A DNA stretch of 64,000 nucleotides, taken from assembly GCA_965237895.1 (NCBI GenBank), contig CBDEGR010000002.1, positions 710,132 through 774,131 on the forward strand, written 5' to 3'. This stretch comes from Terriglobia bacterium (GTDB taxonomy: Bacteria; Acidobacteriota; Terriglobia; UBA7540; JAPUME01). The notes under the pieces were generated by a model. The model made no database searches and was not told where the DNA came from. It saw only the letters and a list, made by a program, of their open reading frames with translations. The translations under genes and the position numbers were made by a program. Positions 1 through 10,378 of this stretch are shown here, piece by piece (within the stretch, counting starts at the first letter, position 1; the number at the start of each line of letters is the position of its first letter).

Positions 1-2
1 CC

Positions 3-1955
3 AAGCCTTCCGGCGAGATCATCGAATCTCCGATTACGGCCAACTTCCGTGAAGGACTGAACGTGTTGCAGTACTTCATCTCGACGCACGGCGCCCGCAA
101 GGGACTGGCCGACACGGCCTTGAAAACGGCCGACTCCGGCTACCTGACCCGGCGGCTGGTGGACGTAGCGCAAGATGTGATCGTGAGTGAGATGGACTGC
201 GGCACGGTGGACGGCATCTATGTCACACCGATCGTCGAAAGCGGCGAGGTGATCGAGCCGTTACGGGACCGCATTGTCGGACGCGTTTCGCTTGAGCAGA
301 TCAAAGACTACGAAGGAAAAATCATCGTCGAGGTGAACCAGGAAATCAACGAGGACTTGGCGAACGCCGTTCAGGGGGCCGGAATCGAGCGGGTGAAAAT
401 CCGCTCGGTGCTGACGTGCGAAACACGGCGCGGGGTCTGTATTCGCTGCCACGGGCGGAATCTGGCGACCGGCCGTATGGTGGAGATGGGCGAGGCCGTG
501 GGTGTCATCGCCGCCCAGTCCATCGGTGAGCCGGGCACGCAGCTTACCATGAGAACGTTCCACATCGGCGGTACGGCCAGCCGGGTCGCCGAGCAGACGA
601 CGCTCGAAATCAAAAATTCCGGGTTCCTCAAGTACCAGAACCTGCCCACGGTGAAGAACAAAGTGGGTCTTTTCGTGGCCATGAACCGGAACGGTTCGGT
701 AGCCGTGGTGGACGAAAAAGGCCGCGAGCGGGAGCGCTACGCGGTGGTCTACGGCGCGAAGATCAAAGTGGCCGACGGCGACCCGGTGCAGATGGGTCAA
801 GTGGTGGCCGAATGGGACCCGTTTACCTTCTCCATCCTTACGGAGTTGGGTGGTACGGTAAAATTCAAGGACCTGCAGGACGGCACCACGGTACATGAGG
901 AAGTTGACGAGGTGACGGGGCTTTCACAGTCGGTCGTCACCGAATCGGACGACGAAAAACATCAGCCGCAGATCATCATCAAACCGGAAGGGAAAAGTTC
1001 GGGTAGGTCCGGGTCAAGGACTTACTTGATGCCTTCCCGCGCCCACTTGATGGTGAGCGACGGCGATGCGGTTCAGCCGGGCGACGTGCTGGCAAAGATT
1101 CCTCGAGAGACGACCAAGACCAAGGACATCACGGGCGGCCTGCCGCGCGTGGTGGAATTGTTCGAGGCGCGCCGCCCTCATGAAACGGCCGTGATCGCGG
1201 AAATCGACGGCATCATTCATCACGGCGACCTGACGAAGGGCCAGCGCAAAATTGTGGTTACGCCCGACGTCGGGGAGGCAAAGGAGTACCTGCTGCCTCG
1301 CGGCGTACATATCTCGGTGCAGGAAGGGGAGCGCGTCCAGGTCGGGGAGCCACTCATGGACGGCCCGCGCAATCCGCACGACATCTTGGCCGTTCTCGGC
1401 GAAAAGGAACTTCAGGCTTACCTGGTCGATGAGATTCAGGAAGTCTACCGCCTCCAGGGCGTCACCATCAACGACAAGCACATTGAGGTGATCGTCCGGC
1501 AGATGATGCGCTGGGTGAAGGTTGAAGACGTGGGCGATACAGCGTTTCTCCTCGACCAGCAGGTGGATAAGTTCACCTTCAACGAAGAGAATGAGCGCGT
1601 GCGAGCCGAGGGCGGAAAGCCGGCGACGGGCCGTCCGCTGCTGCTCGGAATCACGAAGGCGTCGCTCTCGACCGACTCGTTCATCTCTGCCGCCTCCTTC
1701 CAGGAGACCACGCGCGTGCTGACGGAGGCCTCCATCCGCGGGAGTGTGGACCACCTGCGAGGCTTGAAGGAAAACGTCATCATGGGGCGGCTGATTCCGG
1801 CCGGGACCGGCCTGGCACACTACCGGAACTTTAAGCTGCTGACCGAGCCGGAGATTCCCGAAGTGGCCGAAGGTCTCCCCGAAGAGGTGGAACCCGCAGC
1901 GGGGATGCCGGCGCCCGAGGTGACCGACGAAGACGAAGCCCGGGTGCAGACATAA
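3..1955 (+). CDS. rpoC: DNA-directed RNA polymerase subunit beta-prime, C-terminal ~650 aa (5' end outside window)
   Basis: Frame is open from nt 3. Translation [55 protein letters not shown]... is the conserved beta-prime C-terminal region. TAA stop at 1953-1955. Confidence 0.97.
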   Translation, partial: KPSGEIIESPITANFREGLNVLQYFISTHGARKGLADTALKTADSGYLTRRLVDVAQDVIVSEMDCGTVDGIYVTPIVESGEVIEPLRDRIVGRVSLEQIKDYEGKIIVEVNQEINEDLANAVQGAGIERVKIRSVLTCETRRGVCIRCHGRNLATGRMVEMGEAVGVIAAQSIGEPGTQLTMRTFHIGGTASRVAEQTTLEIKNSGFLKYQNLPTVKNKVGLFVAMNRNGSVAVVDEKGRERERYAVVYGAKIKVADGDPVQMGQVVAEWDPFTFSILTELGGTVKFKDLQDGTTVHEEVDEVTGLSQSVVTESDDEKHQPQIIIKPEGKSSGRSGSRTYLMPSRAHLMVSDGDAVQPGDVLAKIPRETTKTKDITGGLPRVVELFEARRPHETAVIAEIDGIIHHGDLTKGQRKIVVTPDVGEAKEYLLPRGVHISVQEGERVQVGEPLMDGPRNPHDILAVLGEKELQAYLVDEIQEVYRLQGVTINDKHIEVIVRQMMRWVKVEDVGDTAFLLDQQVDKFTFNEENERVRAEGGKPATGRPLLLGITKASLSTDSFISAASFQETTRVLTEASIRGSVDHLRGLKENVIMGRLIPAGTGLAHYRNFKLLTEPEIPEVAEGLPEEVEPAAGMPAPEVTDEDEARVQT

Positions 1956-2000
1956 TCACTTCCTTTCGGCCGTAGGTTGCAGGTTCCGTATTGAGTTGCG

Positions 2001-2300
2001 ATGCGATTTAGCTGCTGGAAGTGTGGCGAGTCGATGGAGCGGTTTGGTGGGGAACGGGTGGGAAGGCAAGAGGCTTGCCCGCGCTGCGACGCAGACCTCC
2101 ACTGTTGCCGCAATTGCCGCTTCCACGACCCCGGGGCCCACAACCAGTGCCGGGAGACGCAGGCCGAGTGGGTCAAAGAGAAGGACCGGGCCAACTTCTG
2201 CGACTACTTCGAACCGGTCGAGGTGGTCGGCGCGCGCGGGAGGTCCGCCAACACCCCCGAGGACGTCAAGAAAAAGTTCGACGACCTATTCAAGGTTTGA
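2001..2300 (+). CDS. small cysteine-rich (zinc-ribbon-like) protein, function unknown
   Basis: 99-aa ORF with paired Cys motifs (CWKC, CPRC, CCRNC, plus further Cys/His). Compact, with coding-like composition. Confidence 0.6.
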   Translation: MRFSCWKCGESMERFGGERVGRQEACPRCDADLHCCRNCRFHDPGAHNQCRETQAEWVKEKDRANFCDYFEPVEVVGARGRSANTPEDVKKKFDDLFKV

Positions 2301-2579
2301 TCGTATCCACTCTATAACCCAATATTGGCCATCGCTGACCGGCTAACAGGCCGAATGAGCGGCGTGGCCAGTCCCATAACTCCGGCACGCTATGACCCGA
2401 AGGCTACAGCATCTCATTTAGGTTCCGCACCCGGTTACATCCTGCCCCTTGAAGAACAGGGCCACGTCCGCTTCCTTCGGGAGTTAGATTTCGTGTGTGG
2501 CCTTGCCGCCAGAAGCTTCAACCCCCTCCTATTTTCCGGGGATCATGATGTGGGCCACTGACGTGCCTGCAAACATCAA

Positions 2580-3071
2580 CTACGGACGGTAGTGGCTCGG
2601 CGTGGTTGTGAGCCCAGTGGACTCGGAGGTTGCACCCGGCAGGTAAACCGTCGTCAGCGGCAGTGCGTTCTGCAGCTCGGCCCCGCGAATAGTGTATGTC
2701 ACGACGCGGTCTGGCACGCGCACTTTGCCCGACGTCACCTCGGCGCTGATGATGTCCCGAAGCTCGCCTTCGGCCAAGCCCTCCGCTTGCAGTTGGGCGA
2801 CTCGCGCGCGGTAACCTTCAAGAACTTTGGGGTAGCACCGAACAGAGAATCCGTCCTCAGGGCTGTCTGCTGTGCACATAATGTTGCTCGTGCCTTCCCG
2901 GAGCACCACCTTCTTGCCTCTCGTGTCATAGCCGATCACGGTCGCGCCGGCTCGCAGGTCGTCTGGCAAGGGCATCAGCGCCTCGGCGATCTGCTGCTCG
3001 ACGGACCTCTCCTGGGCGTGCGCGATTCCTACAACCGCTAGCAAGATCGCCGGTAAAAAGAATCTCGTCAT
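2580..3071 (-). CDS. secreted hypothetical protein
   Basis: The internal ATG at 3071 gives a signal peptide, MTRFFLPAILLAVVGIAHAQE. The upstream part of the 210-aa ORF looks non-coding. Confidence 0.6.
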   Translation of the reverse strand: MTRFFLPAILLAVVGIAHAQERSVEQQIAEALMPLPDDLRAGATVIGYDTRGKKVVLREGTSNIMCTADSPEDGFSVRCYPKVLEGYRARVAQLQAEGLAEGELRDIISAEVTSGKVRVPDRVVTYTIRGAELQNALPLTTVYLPGATSESTGLTTTPSHYRP

Positions 3072-3270
3072 GTCCGTCCTCCTATGAATGACATCCAACT
3101 CTTGTTTAGGCTGACCCGCATAAAACCCGTTCTTGTCACCATAACATGAACCCGCCGAAGACGGGATGCGGCTAAAACTACATACCTGGAAATGTGCCCG
3201 CGCAAACAGCAATGAGGAGAATAAAATAGCATTTTACTAGTGAACGAGTACACTCGCTGGCTTGAATTTC

Positions 3271-4737
3271 TCAGGCAAGATCGAACCCACCGGCTTTTTC
3301 GAAGGCGCGGGCGAGTTGCAGGAGCCGCGCTTCTTCAAAGTGGGGGGCGATGAGCTGCATACCGACCGGCAGCGAGGGCTTCCCGTATTTCGAGGCCGTC
3401 TTTCCGCACGGGACGGAGATGCCCGGCAGGCCGGCCAGGCTTGCCGTGACCGTGTAGATATCGGCCAAGTACATCGTCAACGGGTCGTCGAGTTTCTCAC
3501 CGAGCTTGAAAGCGGGGAAAGGGCTGGTGGGTGTGAGGACGATGTCCACTTCCTCGAAGGATTCCAGAAAGTCCCGCGTGACCAGCGTGCGCACTTTTTG
3601 GGCTTTCCGGTAGTAGGCGTCGTAGTAGCCGGAACTCAAAGCATAGGTCCCGAGCATGATGCGGCGCTTCACTTCCGCGCCGAAGCCGCCGTCGCGCGTC
3701 TTGCGGTACATGTCGCGCAGGCCGTCGTAGGCATTCTCCTGAATGCGGAAGCCGTAGCGGATGCCGTCGTAGCGGGCCAGGTTCGAGCTCGCCTCCGCCG
3801 TGCAGATGATGTAGTAGCAGGCGATGGCGTACTCGGTGTGGGGCAGGCGAATGGGAACGAGCTTCGCGCCCTGCTTTTCGAGCAGGGCCAACCCTTTTTG
3901 GATGTTGTCGCCGATGCGCGGTTCCAGGCCTTCAAAGCACTCTTTTGGGATTCCGATTCTTACGCCATCCACTTTGTTTTCAATGGTTTCCATGTAATTC
4001 GGGACAGGGGCCTGTGCGGCGGTGGAGTCCATCGGGTCGGCGCCGGAGATGGCCTGGAGCACGTGCGCCAGGTCGCGCACCGTGCGGCCGAACGGGCCGA
4101 TGTGGTCGAGGGAAGAGGCGAAGGCCACCAGGCCATAGCGCGAGACGCGTCCGTAGGTGCCCATCATACCGGGCACGCCGCAGAAGGCGGCCGGCTGGCG
4201 GATGGAGCCGCCCGTATCCGAGCCCAGCGATGCGACGGCCATGTGGGCCGCCACAGCAGCGGCCGACCCGCCGCTTGAGCCGCCCGGCACGCGCTCGGGG
4301 TCGTGCGGATTTCTGGTCGCGAAGTAGGCGGAGTTTTCGGTGGAGGAGCCCATCGCATACTCGTCGCAGTTGAGTTTGCCCAGAAAAACGGCGCCGGCAC
4401 GGTCCAGCCGCTCGACGGCAGTGGCGTCGTAAGGGGGAACGAAATGTTCCAGCATCTTGGAGGCGCAGGTGGTGCGAATGTCGCGGGTAAAAATTACATC
4501 TTTGATGCCCATCGGCACGCCCGCCAGAGGCGGCAGTTTCTCTCCGGCGGCGAATTTTTTATCGACGCGCTTGGCTTGCTGGAGCGCGCGGTCTTCGCCG
4601 AGCGTCAGGTAGGCGCGGATTTCCGGGTCCCGGCGGCGAATCTTTTCAAAATGCGCCTCGGCGAGCTCCACGGCGGAGATTTTCCCTTCGCCCAGCAGGC
4701 GGGAGATTTCGTCAATATTCAGTTCGGTGGGGTTCAA
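3271..4737 (-). CDS. gatA: Glu-tRNA(Gln)/Asp-tRNA(Asn) amidotransferase subunit A
   Basis: 488 aa with the amidase signature GGSSGGSAAAVAA and a GatA-like N-terminus. Sits immediately downstream of gatC. Ends in TGA. Confidence 0.95.
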   Translation of the reverse strand: MNPTELNIDEISRLLGEGKISAVELAEAHFEKIRRRDPEIRAYLTLGEDRALQQAKRVDKKFAAGEKLPPLAGVPMGIKDVIFTRDIRTTCASKMLEHFVPPYDATAVERLDRAGAVFLGKLNCDEYAMGSSTENSAYFATRNPHDPERVPGGSSGGSAAAVAAHMAVASLGSDTGGSIRQPAAFCGVPGMMGTYGRVSRYGLVAFASSLDHIGPFGRTVRDLAHVLQAISGADPMDSTAAQAPVPNYMETIENKVDGVRIGIPKECFEGLEPRIGDNIQKGLALLEKQGAKLVPIRLPHTEYAIACYYIICTAEASSNLARYDGIRYGFRIQENAYDGLRDMYRKTRDGGFGAEVKRRIMLGTYALSSGYYDAYYRKAQKVRTLVTRDFLESFEEVDIVLTPTSPFPAFKLGEKLDDPLTMYLADIYTVTASLAGLPGISVPCGKTASKYGKPSLPVGMQLIAPHFEEARLLQLARAFEKAGGFDLA

Positions 4738-4738
4738 G

Positions 4739-5041
4739 TTACTCTTTCTCGATCACCAGGGGAACTTTGAAATAACCCGGACCGGGTTCGGGGGCATTCT
4801 TCAGCGCCGTCTCGGAGTCGAACGTTTTTCGTGAGGCGTCGGGGCGGATTGCGGGGTTCGCAACCGCAGTGTGCGTTACCTGGGCCATTGGCTCGAAGGC
4901 GGTGGTGTCGAGTTCGTTCAGCTTTTCCACGTACTTCAGAATCGAGTCGAGTTGCGGGATGAACTTTTTTAGCTCGTCTTCGGTCAATTCCAGATGGGCA
5001 AGGTCCGCTACGTAACGGGCGTCCTTCTCTCTCAGAGCCAT
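4739..5041 (-). CDS. gatC: Glu-tRNA(Gln)/Asp-tRNA(Asn) amidotransferase subunit C
   Basis: 100 aa; MALREKDARYVADLAHLELTEDELKKFIPQLDSILKYVEKL is typical GatC. Abuts gatA. Confidence 0.9.
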   Translation of the reverse strand: MALREKDARYVADLAHLELTEDELKKFIPQLDSILKYVEKLNELDTTAFEPMAQVTHTAVANPAIRPDASRKTFDSETALKNAPEPGPGYFKVPLVIEKE

Positions 5042-5544
5042 CAGCGGTCTTCCCCTGGGGAACGCGCGAAATACTTTGCGCGCGAATTTTGAAATACCTT
5101 CCGAAGTTCCGGTTCCAAATCGGAGTCCAAATCAGAGTCGGCGGCCGGCCCGGTCGCGGGCGGAGGCGCATTTGGCGGCACGGAAGGTTGGGACCGAACG
5201 GCCGCCGCGCCGGGGAGCTTGCCCGCGTCATCCTTATGGCCCGGCTCCATGTCCGGCCAGGAGCGATAGTGAAACCCGATCCTTTCAACAGTTTGGCATC
5301 CCAAGAAAGAGTTTACGGCGGTGCGAATCTCCTCCACCACTTGGTGGAGTTGGAGGTTCCAGGTAGGGCAGTTTACTTCCAGGGTCAACGTGCCTTTTCG
5401 GAACGCTATGGGCCGGGTGTGCTCCGCCACGGGCCCGCCGACCACCAGGGGCCACACCCCCTCCAGGACGGATGGCAGGGGCGTACCCGATTTTTTCATC
5501 TGCGAGTTCAGGATGTCGGGGACAACATTGCCGATGCGGTCCAT
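5041..5544 (-). CDS. DUF721 (DciA-like) protein
   Basis: The pattern VLEGVWPLVVGGPVAEHTRPIAFRKGTLTLEVNCPTWNLQLHQ matches the DUF721 core. Has a low-complexity Pro/Ala/Asp tail. Its stop overlaps the gatC start. Confidence 0.7.
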   Translation of the reverse strand: MDRIGNVVPDILNSQMKKSGTPLPSVLEGVWPLVVGGPVAEHTRPIAFRKGTLTLEVNCPTWNLQLHQVVEEIRTAVNSFLGCQTVERIGFHYRSWPDMEPGHKDDAGKLPGAAAVRSQPSVPPNAPPPATGPAADSDLDSDLEPELRKVFQNSRAKYFARSPGEDR

Positions 5545-5848
5545 AAGCGCCTTTTTCTTGGATCACTTAATCCCGAAGGGGAGAAGGCAGTTTAGCACAG
5601 GCCCCCTGCTGGGGTGAATCCCTCCGCTCTTTCATTCCCTGCCCGGTAATGCTGCGGAAATGTAGAGGGACTTGACTTGAGTTATAAAGCCGGAAGGAAG
5701 CCGAGCCTGTTGTGATTTCCTCGTAAACGTGGGAGAATAGATGAAACCCTTTCCGAACAGTTCTGATCACCCGCTCAAGGTGGAATGCATCTTCCGCAGG
5801 GGGTTTCTTTACTTGGAAATTTCGTGATCGTTCTCCAGGGAGGAGACT

Positions 5849-6055
5849 ATGCGACGAATCTCATTCGTTATTGTTTCTTTGGGCCTGTGTGCCCTTGCAT
5901 TTCTTATCTTGCAATTCGGCAGTCGGCCTGCACCTCAACTTGACGGTGAATTAACAGATAATCCCTTTATCTTAAAATTATTTCTCCCCGGTCCTCTGGG
6001 CCGTAGAATTTTTTGTCCTGTCCGTTTTGTTGACACAGTGAAGGGCAAAATGTAG
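5849..6055 (+). CDS. small membrane protein (hypothetical)
   Basis: GGAGGAG Shine-Dalgarno just upstream of the ATG and one N-terminal TM helix. No recognisable family. Confidence 0.3.
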   Translation: MRRISFVIVSLGLCALAFLILQFGSRPAPQLDGELTDNPFILKLFLPGPLGRRIFCPVRFVDTVKGKM

Positions 6056-6120
6056 GATTCGGGGGCGGCTGTGCCAGTACTAATGCAAGTGGCGGCGCGC
6101 CAGAGATAGGCTGAAAAACC

Positions 6121-6900
6121 ATGAAAATTGCGGTAGCATTAAAGCAGGTTCCGGCGCGTGGTGCGATTCTCCGTCTCAACGGGGAAAAGACCTGGATCGA
6201 CGAAAAGGATGTGAGCTTCGGGGTCAACGAGCCGGACACCTACGCGCTGGAAGAGGCGCTGGCGCTCAAGGAGAAGTACGGCGGCGAAGTGCTGGTCTGC
6301 TCGCTGGGGCCGGCTCGCGTTCGGCAGGCCATTAAGGAGGCTCTGGCGAAAGGGGCCGACCGCGCTGTTCACTTCGAGGACGCCGCGTTCCACGCCCTCG
6401 ACGCCCACACGACCGCGCTTGTTCTGAGCAAAGTTCTTGCCGAGGAGAAGCCTGATCTGGTCCTGACCGGCTTGCAGTCGGACGATGCCGGTTACGCGCA
6501 GACGGGGGTTATTCTGGCCGAGCTGCTGGGCTTGCCGCACGCGACCATCGTCATGGAGACACAGGTGGACGGGCGGAAGCTTCGCGTCAAACGGGAACTC
6601 GAAGCCGGCTGGTTTCAGTGGGTGGAGATGGAGTTGTCGGCAGTGCTCACGATTCAGTCCGGCATCAACAAGCCGCGCTATGCGAGCCTGAAGGGAATTA
6701 TGCAGGCGAAATCGAAACCGATTGAGAAGAAGAGCGCCGCGGACCTGGGCCTTTCAGCCGCCGAACTGAAGCCCCGGCAGAAGGTTTTGCGGCTCTATGT
6801 GCCTGAAAGGAAAGGGGAAACGGAGTTCCTGGAAGGCAAACCGAAAGAAGCGGCGGCCAAACTGGTCGATAAGCTGCGCAACGAAGCGCGGGTTCTTTAA
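6121..6900 (+). CDS. etfB: electron transfer flavoprotein subunit beta
   Basis: MKIAVALKQVP...EPDTYALEEALALKEKYGGEVLVCSLGP is ETF-beta-like. Followed by etfA. Confidence 0.93.
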   Translation: MKIAVALKQVPARGAILRLNGEKTWIDEKDVSFGVNEPDTYALEEALALKEKYGGEVLVCSLGPARVRQAIKEALAKGADRAVHFEDAAFHALDAHTTALVLSKVLAEEKPDLVLTGLQSDDAGYAQTGVILAELLGLPHATIVMETQVDGRKLRVKRELEAGWFQWVEMELSAVLTIQSGINKPRYASLKGIMQAKSKPIEKKSAADLGLSAAELKPRQKVLRLYVPERKGETEFLEGKPKEAAAKLVDKLRNEARVL

Positions 6901-6932
6901 ATGTACGGATTTGAACTGCGGGTTCCGAATTT

Positions 6933-7940
6933 TTGCCCGAAATTATGAAAGACGGCGTTCTGGTATTCATCGAGCAGCGTGACGGCAAGCCGGAGCGGGC
7001 TGCCTGGGAAGCTCTGGCCGGCGGTCAGACGCTGGCGGCGGACCTCGGTTGCGGCGTCTCTTGCGTCGTGCTAGGGAAATCGGCATCCGCGGCTGCCGGG
7101 GAGGTGGTGGCCTCGGCAAAAGTCTCTCAGGTGTATGTGGCCGAAGCCGATGCCTTAAACGCCTACACGCCGGAAGGCTACGCAGCAGCCCTTAAGGAAG
7201 TTATCGGCGCGGTCGAACCCGCCTGGGTTGTCTTCAGCCATACCTATCAGGTGCGGGACTTTGCCCCCAAGCTTGCGGCTGAGTTAAGCTCCACGCTGGC
7301 GGGAGACTGTATCGGTTACCGGGTAGAAGACGGGAAGGCCATCCTGGTCCGTCAGGTCTTTCAAGGGAAGTACGCTTGCGATGTTGAAGTTGAAGGCTCG
7401 CCTCGACTGGTGAGTTTCCAGGCTGGAGTCTTCCGCAAAGATGCCGTCGAGAAGCAGGAGGCAAAGGCTCCCGTTGAGACCGTTCAGGTTCAGCTTGCAG
7501 CCGATCAGATTCGCAGCCGTCCGGAGGAACCCTTCCGTGAGGCCAAGCAGGCGATCGATTTGACCCAAGCGGAGATGATCGTCGCGGTAGGGCGAGGCAT
7601 CAAAGGGCCGGAGGCGATGGATGCCGTCAAGAAGCTCGCGAAAGCTCTCGGGGCGGAGATCGCCGCCTCACGCCCGGTGTGCGACAGCGGGTGGCTGCCG
7701 ATGGACCGGCAAGTGGGCAGTTCCGGCCAGACCGTCGCGCCGAAGCTCTATCTGGCACTCGGCATCTCCGGCGCCATTCAGCATCAGGTGGGCATGAAGG
7801 GGTCGAAGACGATCGTCGCGGTCAATAAAGACGCCGAAGCGCCCATCTTTGAAATCGCCTCCTATGGGATTGTGGGAGACTTGTTCGAGGTCATGCCGCC
7901 GCTGACCGAAGAACTCGAAAAGCTGAAATCCTCCAGCTAG
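6933..7940 (+). CDS. etfA: electron transfer flavoprotein subunit alpha
   Basis: 335 aa with the C-terminal FAD-binding region ...SGQTVAPKLYLALGISGAIQHQVGMKGSKTIVAVNKDAEAPIF. The start could instead be the ATG at 6945. Confidence 0.93.
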   Translation: MPEIMKDGVLVFIEQRDGKPERAAWEALAGGQTLAADLGCGVSCVVLGKSASAAAGEVVASAKVSQVYVAEADALNAYTPEGYAAALKEVIGAVEPAWVVFSHTYQVRDFAPKLAAELSSTLAGDCIGYRVEDGKAILVRQVFQGKYACDVEVEGSPRLVSFQAGVFRKDAVEKQEAKAPVETVQVQLAADQIRSRPEEPFREAKQAIDLTQAEMIVAVGRGIKGPEAMDAVKKLAKALGAEIAASRPVCDSGWLPMDRQVGSSGQTVAPKLYLALGISGAIQHQVGMKGSKTIVAVNKDAEAPIFEIASYGIVGDLFEVMPPLTEELEKLKSSS

Positions 7941-7999
7941 CCAAACGCCACAGATATTGTTTAATCCGAAACCACCTTGTTGATCCTCTTCATCCGTTT

Positions 8000-9652
8000 A
8001 TGACTGATTTCGAACGCGAAACACTGGAAGCCGAGGTTGTCATCGTCGGCGCCGGACCGGCCGGGCTGGCCTGCGCTCTCCATCTGGTCGAGATGTGCCG
8101 AAGTAAGGATAAGTTCCATCCGGAAAATATCTACGTTCTGGAAAAGGCCGGCGAAATCGGCGGGCATAATCTCTCAGGCGCGGTCCTCGATCCGCGTTCG
8201 CTTCGTGAACTCATCCCCGACTTCGAGCAGGCCGGAGCGCCGCTCACTCCCGTCAAGAAAGACGCGGTCTATCACTTCACCCAAAACCGCGCTTTTCGAT
8301 TTCCCATCGAGCCTCCCTTCCTGCGTAATCATGGGAACTACGTCACCTCCGTCAACCGTCTGGTGAAGTGGCTGGGGGCGCGCGCCGAACAGGCCGGGGT
8401 CAGTCTGTTTCCCGGGTTTGCCGCCGCCGGACTTCTGATTGAAGGCGCCCGCGTGGTGGGCGTCCGCACCGACGACAAAGGCGTGGGCCGCGAGGGAAAG
8501 CGGAAGAGCAACTTTCAGCCCGGTTTCGATTTGCGCGCCAAGGTGGTGGTGTTTGCCGAAGGAGTGCACGGATCTTTAACGAAACAGCTTATTCAGCAAT
8601 TTCAGATCGACCGGGACTTGAATCCTCAAGTCTATGCGGTGGGAGTCAAAGAGCTTTGGGAGATTCCCAAAGGGCGTATCGAAGCCGGAGAGGTGATCCA
8701 CACCGCCGGATGGCCGCTGACTACTCAACAGTTCGGCGGCGGCTTTATCTACGGGCTTTCGGAGACGGAAGTCTCGCTCGGCTTGGTCGTGGGGCTTGAT
8801 TATGACGACCCGCGCTTTGATCCGCATGAAGCGTTTGGAAGGTTCAAGATGCACCCGTTCGTCCGGCGGCTGCTTGAAGGCGGGCAGATGATCCGCTACG
8901 GCGCGAAGGCGATTCCCGAAGGCGGCTACTTTTCGCTGCTCCCGACGGCAGTGGAAGGGGCGCTGACGGTGGGTGACGCGGCCGGATTCTTGAATTCGCA
9001 GCGGCTGAAGGGAATCCACTTGGCGCTCAAGACCGGAATGCTGGCGGCGGAAACGATTGCCGAAGCCATGGCGGCGAATGATTTTTCCCTCGCCAGACTC
9101 CAAAGGTTCGAAACCAAGTGGAAAGCGAGCTGGGTGTACAAGGAACTCTGGAAGGTACGGAATTACCATCAAGGCTTCGAGGGCGGATTTTTCAAGGGAA
9201 TGCTTCACACGGCGCTGCAGATGGTAACCTGCGGGCGGGGCCTCTATTCCCGCTACCGATCCAAACCCGGTCATAAACAAATGAAGCGGCTGGCAGAACT
9301 TTCCTCCACTCCACCGCCCAAGCTGAAGCCGGATAACCGTTTCACCTTCGACAAGCTAAAGAACGTCTACCACTCCTTGACCGGCCACGAGGAGGATCAA
9401 CCGGCCCACCTTCGCATTGCAGACTTTGACATTTGCAACACGCGCTGCACCGAAGAGTACGGCAACCCTTGCCAATACTTCTGCCCGGCAGCCGTGTATG
9501 AAATCGAAAGCGCTGCGGACGGCACAGGAAAATTGAAGTTGAATCCTTCCAACTGCGTCCACTGCAAGACCTGCGACATCATGGACCCCTACCAGATTAT
9601 CGACTGGGTCTGCCCGGAAGGCGGCGGCGGACCGAGCTATGATGGACTCTAG
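8000..9652 (+). CDS. electron transfer flavoprotein-ubiquinone oxidoreductase
   Basis: 550 aa with an N-terminal FAD fold (VVIVGAGPAGLACA) and a C-terminal 4Fe-4S ferredoxin-like Cys cluster (CQYFCPAAVY...CVHCKTCDI). Adjacent to etfBA. Confidence 0.92.
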   Translation: MTDFERETLEAEVVIVGAGPAGLACALHLVEMCRSKDKFHPENIYVLEKAGEIGGHNLSGAVLDPRSLRELIPDFEQAGAPLTPVKKDAVYHFTQNRAFRFPIEPPFLRNHGNYVTSVNRLVKWLGARAEQAGVSLFPGFAAAGLLIEGARVVGVRTDDKGVGREGKRKSNFQPGFDLRAKVVVFAEGVHGSLTKQLIQQFQIDRDLNPQVYAVGVKELWEIPKGRIEAGEVIHTAGWPLTTQQFGGGFIYGLSETEVSLGLVVGLDYDDPRFDPHEAFGRFKMHPFVRRLLEGGQMIRYGAKAIPEGGYFSLLPTAVEGALTVGDAAGFLNSQRLKGIHLALKTGMLAAETIAEAMAANDFSLARLQRFETKWKASWVYKELWKVRNYHQGFEGGFFKGMLHTALQMVTCGRGLYSRYRSKPGHKQMKRLAELSSTPPPKLKPDNRFTFDKLKNVYHSLTGHEEDQPAHLRIADFDICNTRCTEEYGNPCQYFCPAAVYEIESAADGTGKLKLNPSNCVHCKTCDIMDPYQIIDWVCPEGGGGPSYDGL

Positions 9653-9675
9653 GGACTGGCGAGGGGGGTTGAACG

Positions 9676-10378
9676 TTAATTTGCCGGCAGGAAGCGGTCG
9701 CGGGCCGACTCGCGCAGGTGGGTGATGTACTCGCGGCGGGAGCGTGAGAGCGGCACGGTGGTCTGCAACTCCTTCACAATGCGTTCGGTGGTGAGGCGCG
9801 GAGCGTTTTCGGCCAACATGCCGTAGAGGATGGTGACGATCACCTGTTCGATTTCGGCGCCGCTGAAGCCGTCGGAGGCTTCGGCCAGCGCGTCCATGTC
9901 GAATCCGGCGGGGTCCTGCTTCCGCATGTTGAGGTGGATGAAGAAGGTCCCGCGCCGCTCTTCGAGATCGGGAAGATCGACGAAGAAGACTTCATCAAAG
10001 CGGCCCTTGCGAAGCAGTTCGGGCGGGGTGTTGGTGATGTCGTTGGCGGTGGCGGCGACGAAGACGGTCTCCTTTTTCTCCTGCATCCAGGTAAGAAACG
10101 CGCCGAAGATTCTCCGCCCCAGACCGGCATCGGCGTTTGAGGTGGATGAGCCGGCAAAGGCATTTTCGATCTCGTCAATCCAGAGGATGACGGGCGCGGT
10201 GGCTTCAGCCAGCTCAAACGTGTGTCGCAGGTTTTTTCCGACTCGCTGACGAATTTATCCATCAGCCGCCCGGCCTCAAGTCGCAGCAGCGGCAACTCCC
10301 ATTCGCGCGCAATGGTCTTCGCCGCCAAGCTCTTGCCGCAACCCTGTACGCCGACCAGCATCACGCCGCGCTGCGGTG
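9676..10378 (-). pseudogene. AAA+ ATPase remnant: N-terminal domain missing, -1 frameshift in an A6 run
   Basis: Walker A ([15 protein letters not shown]) lies in one frame. Walker B ([14 protein letters not shown]) and the C-terminal lid (FVAATANDI...[16 protein letters not shown]) lie in the -1 frame. The switch is at GAAAAAAC (plus-strand T6, 10232-10237). Nothing resembling the usual N-terminal half is found upstream of about 10378. Confidence 0.8.

Noticed and set aside
2461-2502. SRP-RNA-like hairpin on the minus strand (CUCC-CGAA-GGAAGCGGAC)
   Set aside because: The tetraloop is not GGAA and the conserved symmetric and asymmetric loop nucleotides do not match. Kept only as an unclassified structured region.
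3262-4278. 338-aa plus-strand ORF antisense to gatA
   Set aside because: It lies entirely inside the well-supported gatA. Its Arg/Ala/Gly-rich translation is typical of shadow ORFs in high-GC DNA.
5690-5701. CCGGAAGGAAGC, identical to the SRP (4.5S) RNA apical-loop motif
   Set aside because: The flanking sequences cannot form the required long helix, and the 5' AGG symmetric-loop strand is absent. Judged a chance purine-rich match.
10225-10245. Programmed -1 ribosomal frameshift at GAAAAAAC in the AAA ATPase
   Set aside because: In the zero frame the run reads A-AAA-ACC, which is not a proper X-XXY-YYZ heptamer. No downstream structure was noted. The gene also lacks its N-terminal half, and other homopolymer indels occur in the window. 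An error or a pseudogene is more likely.
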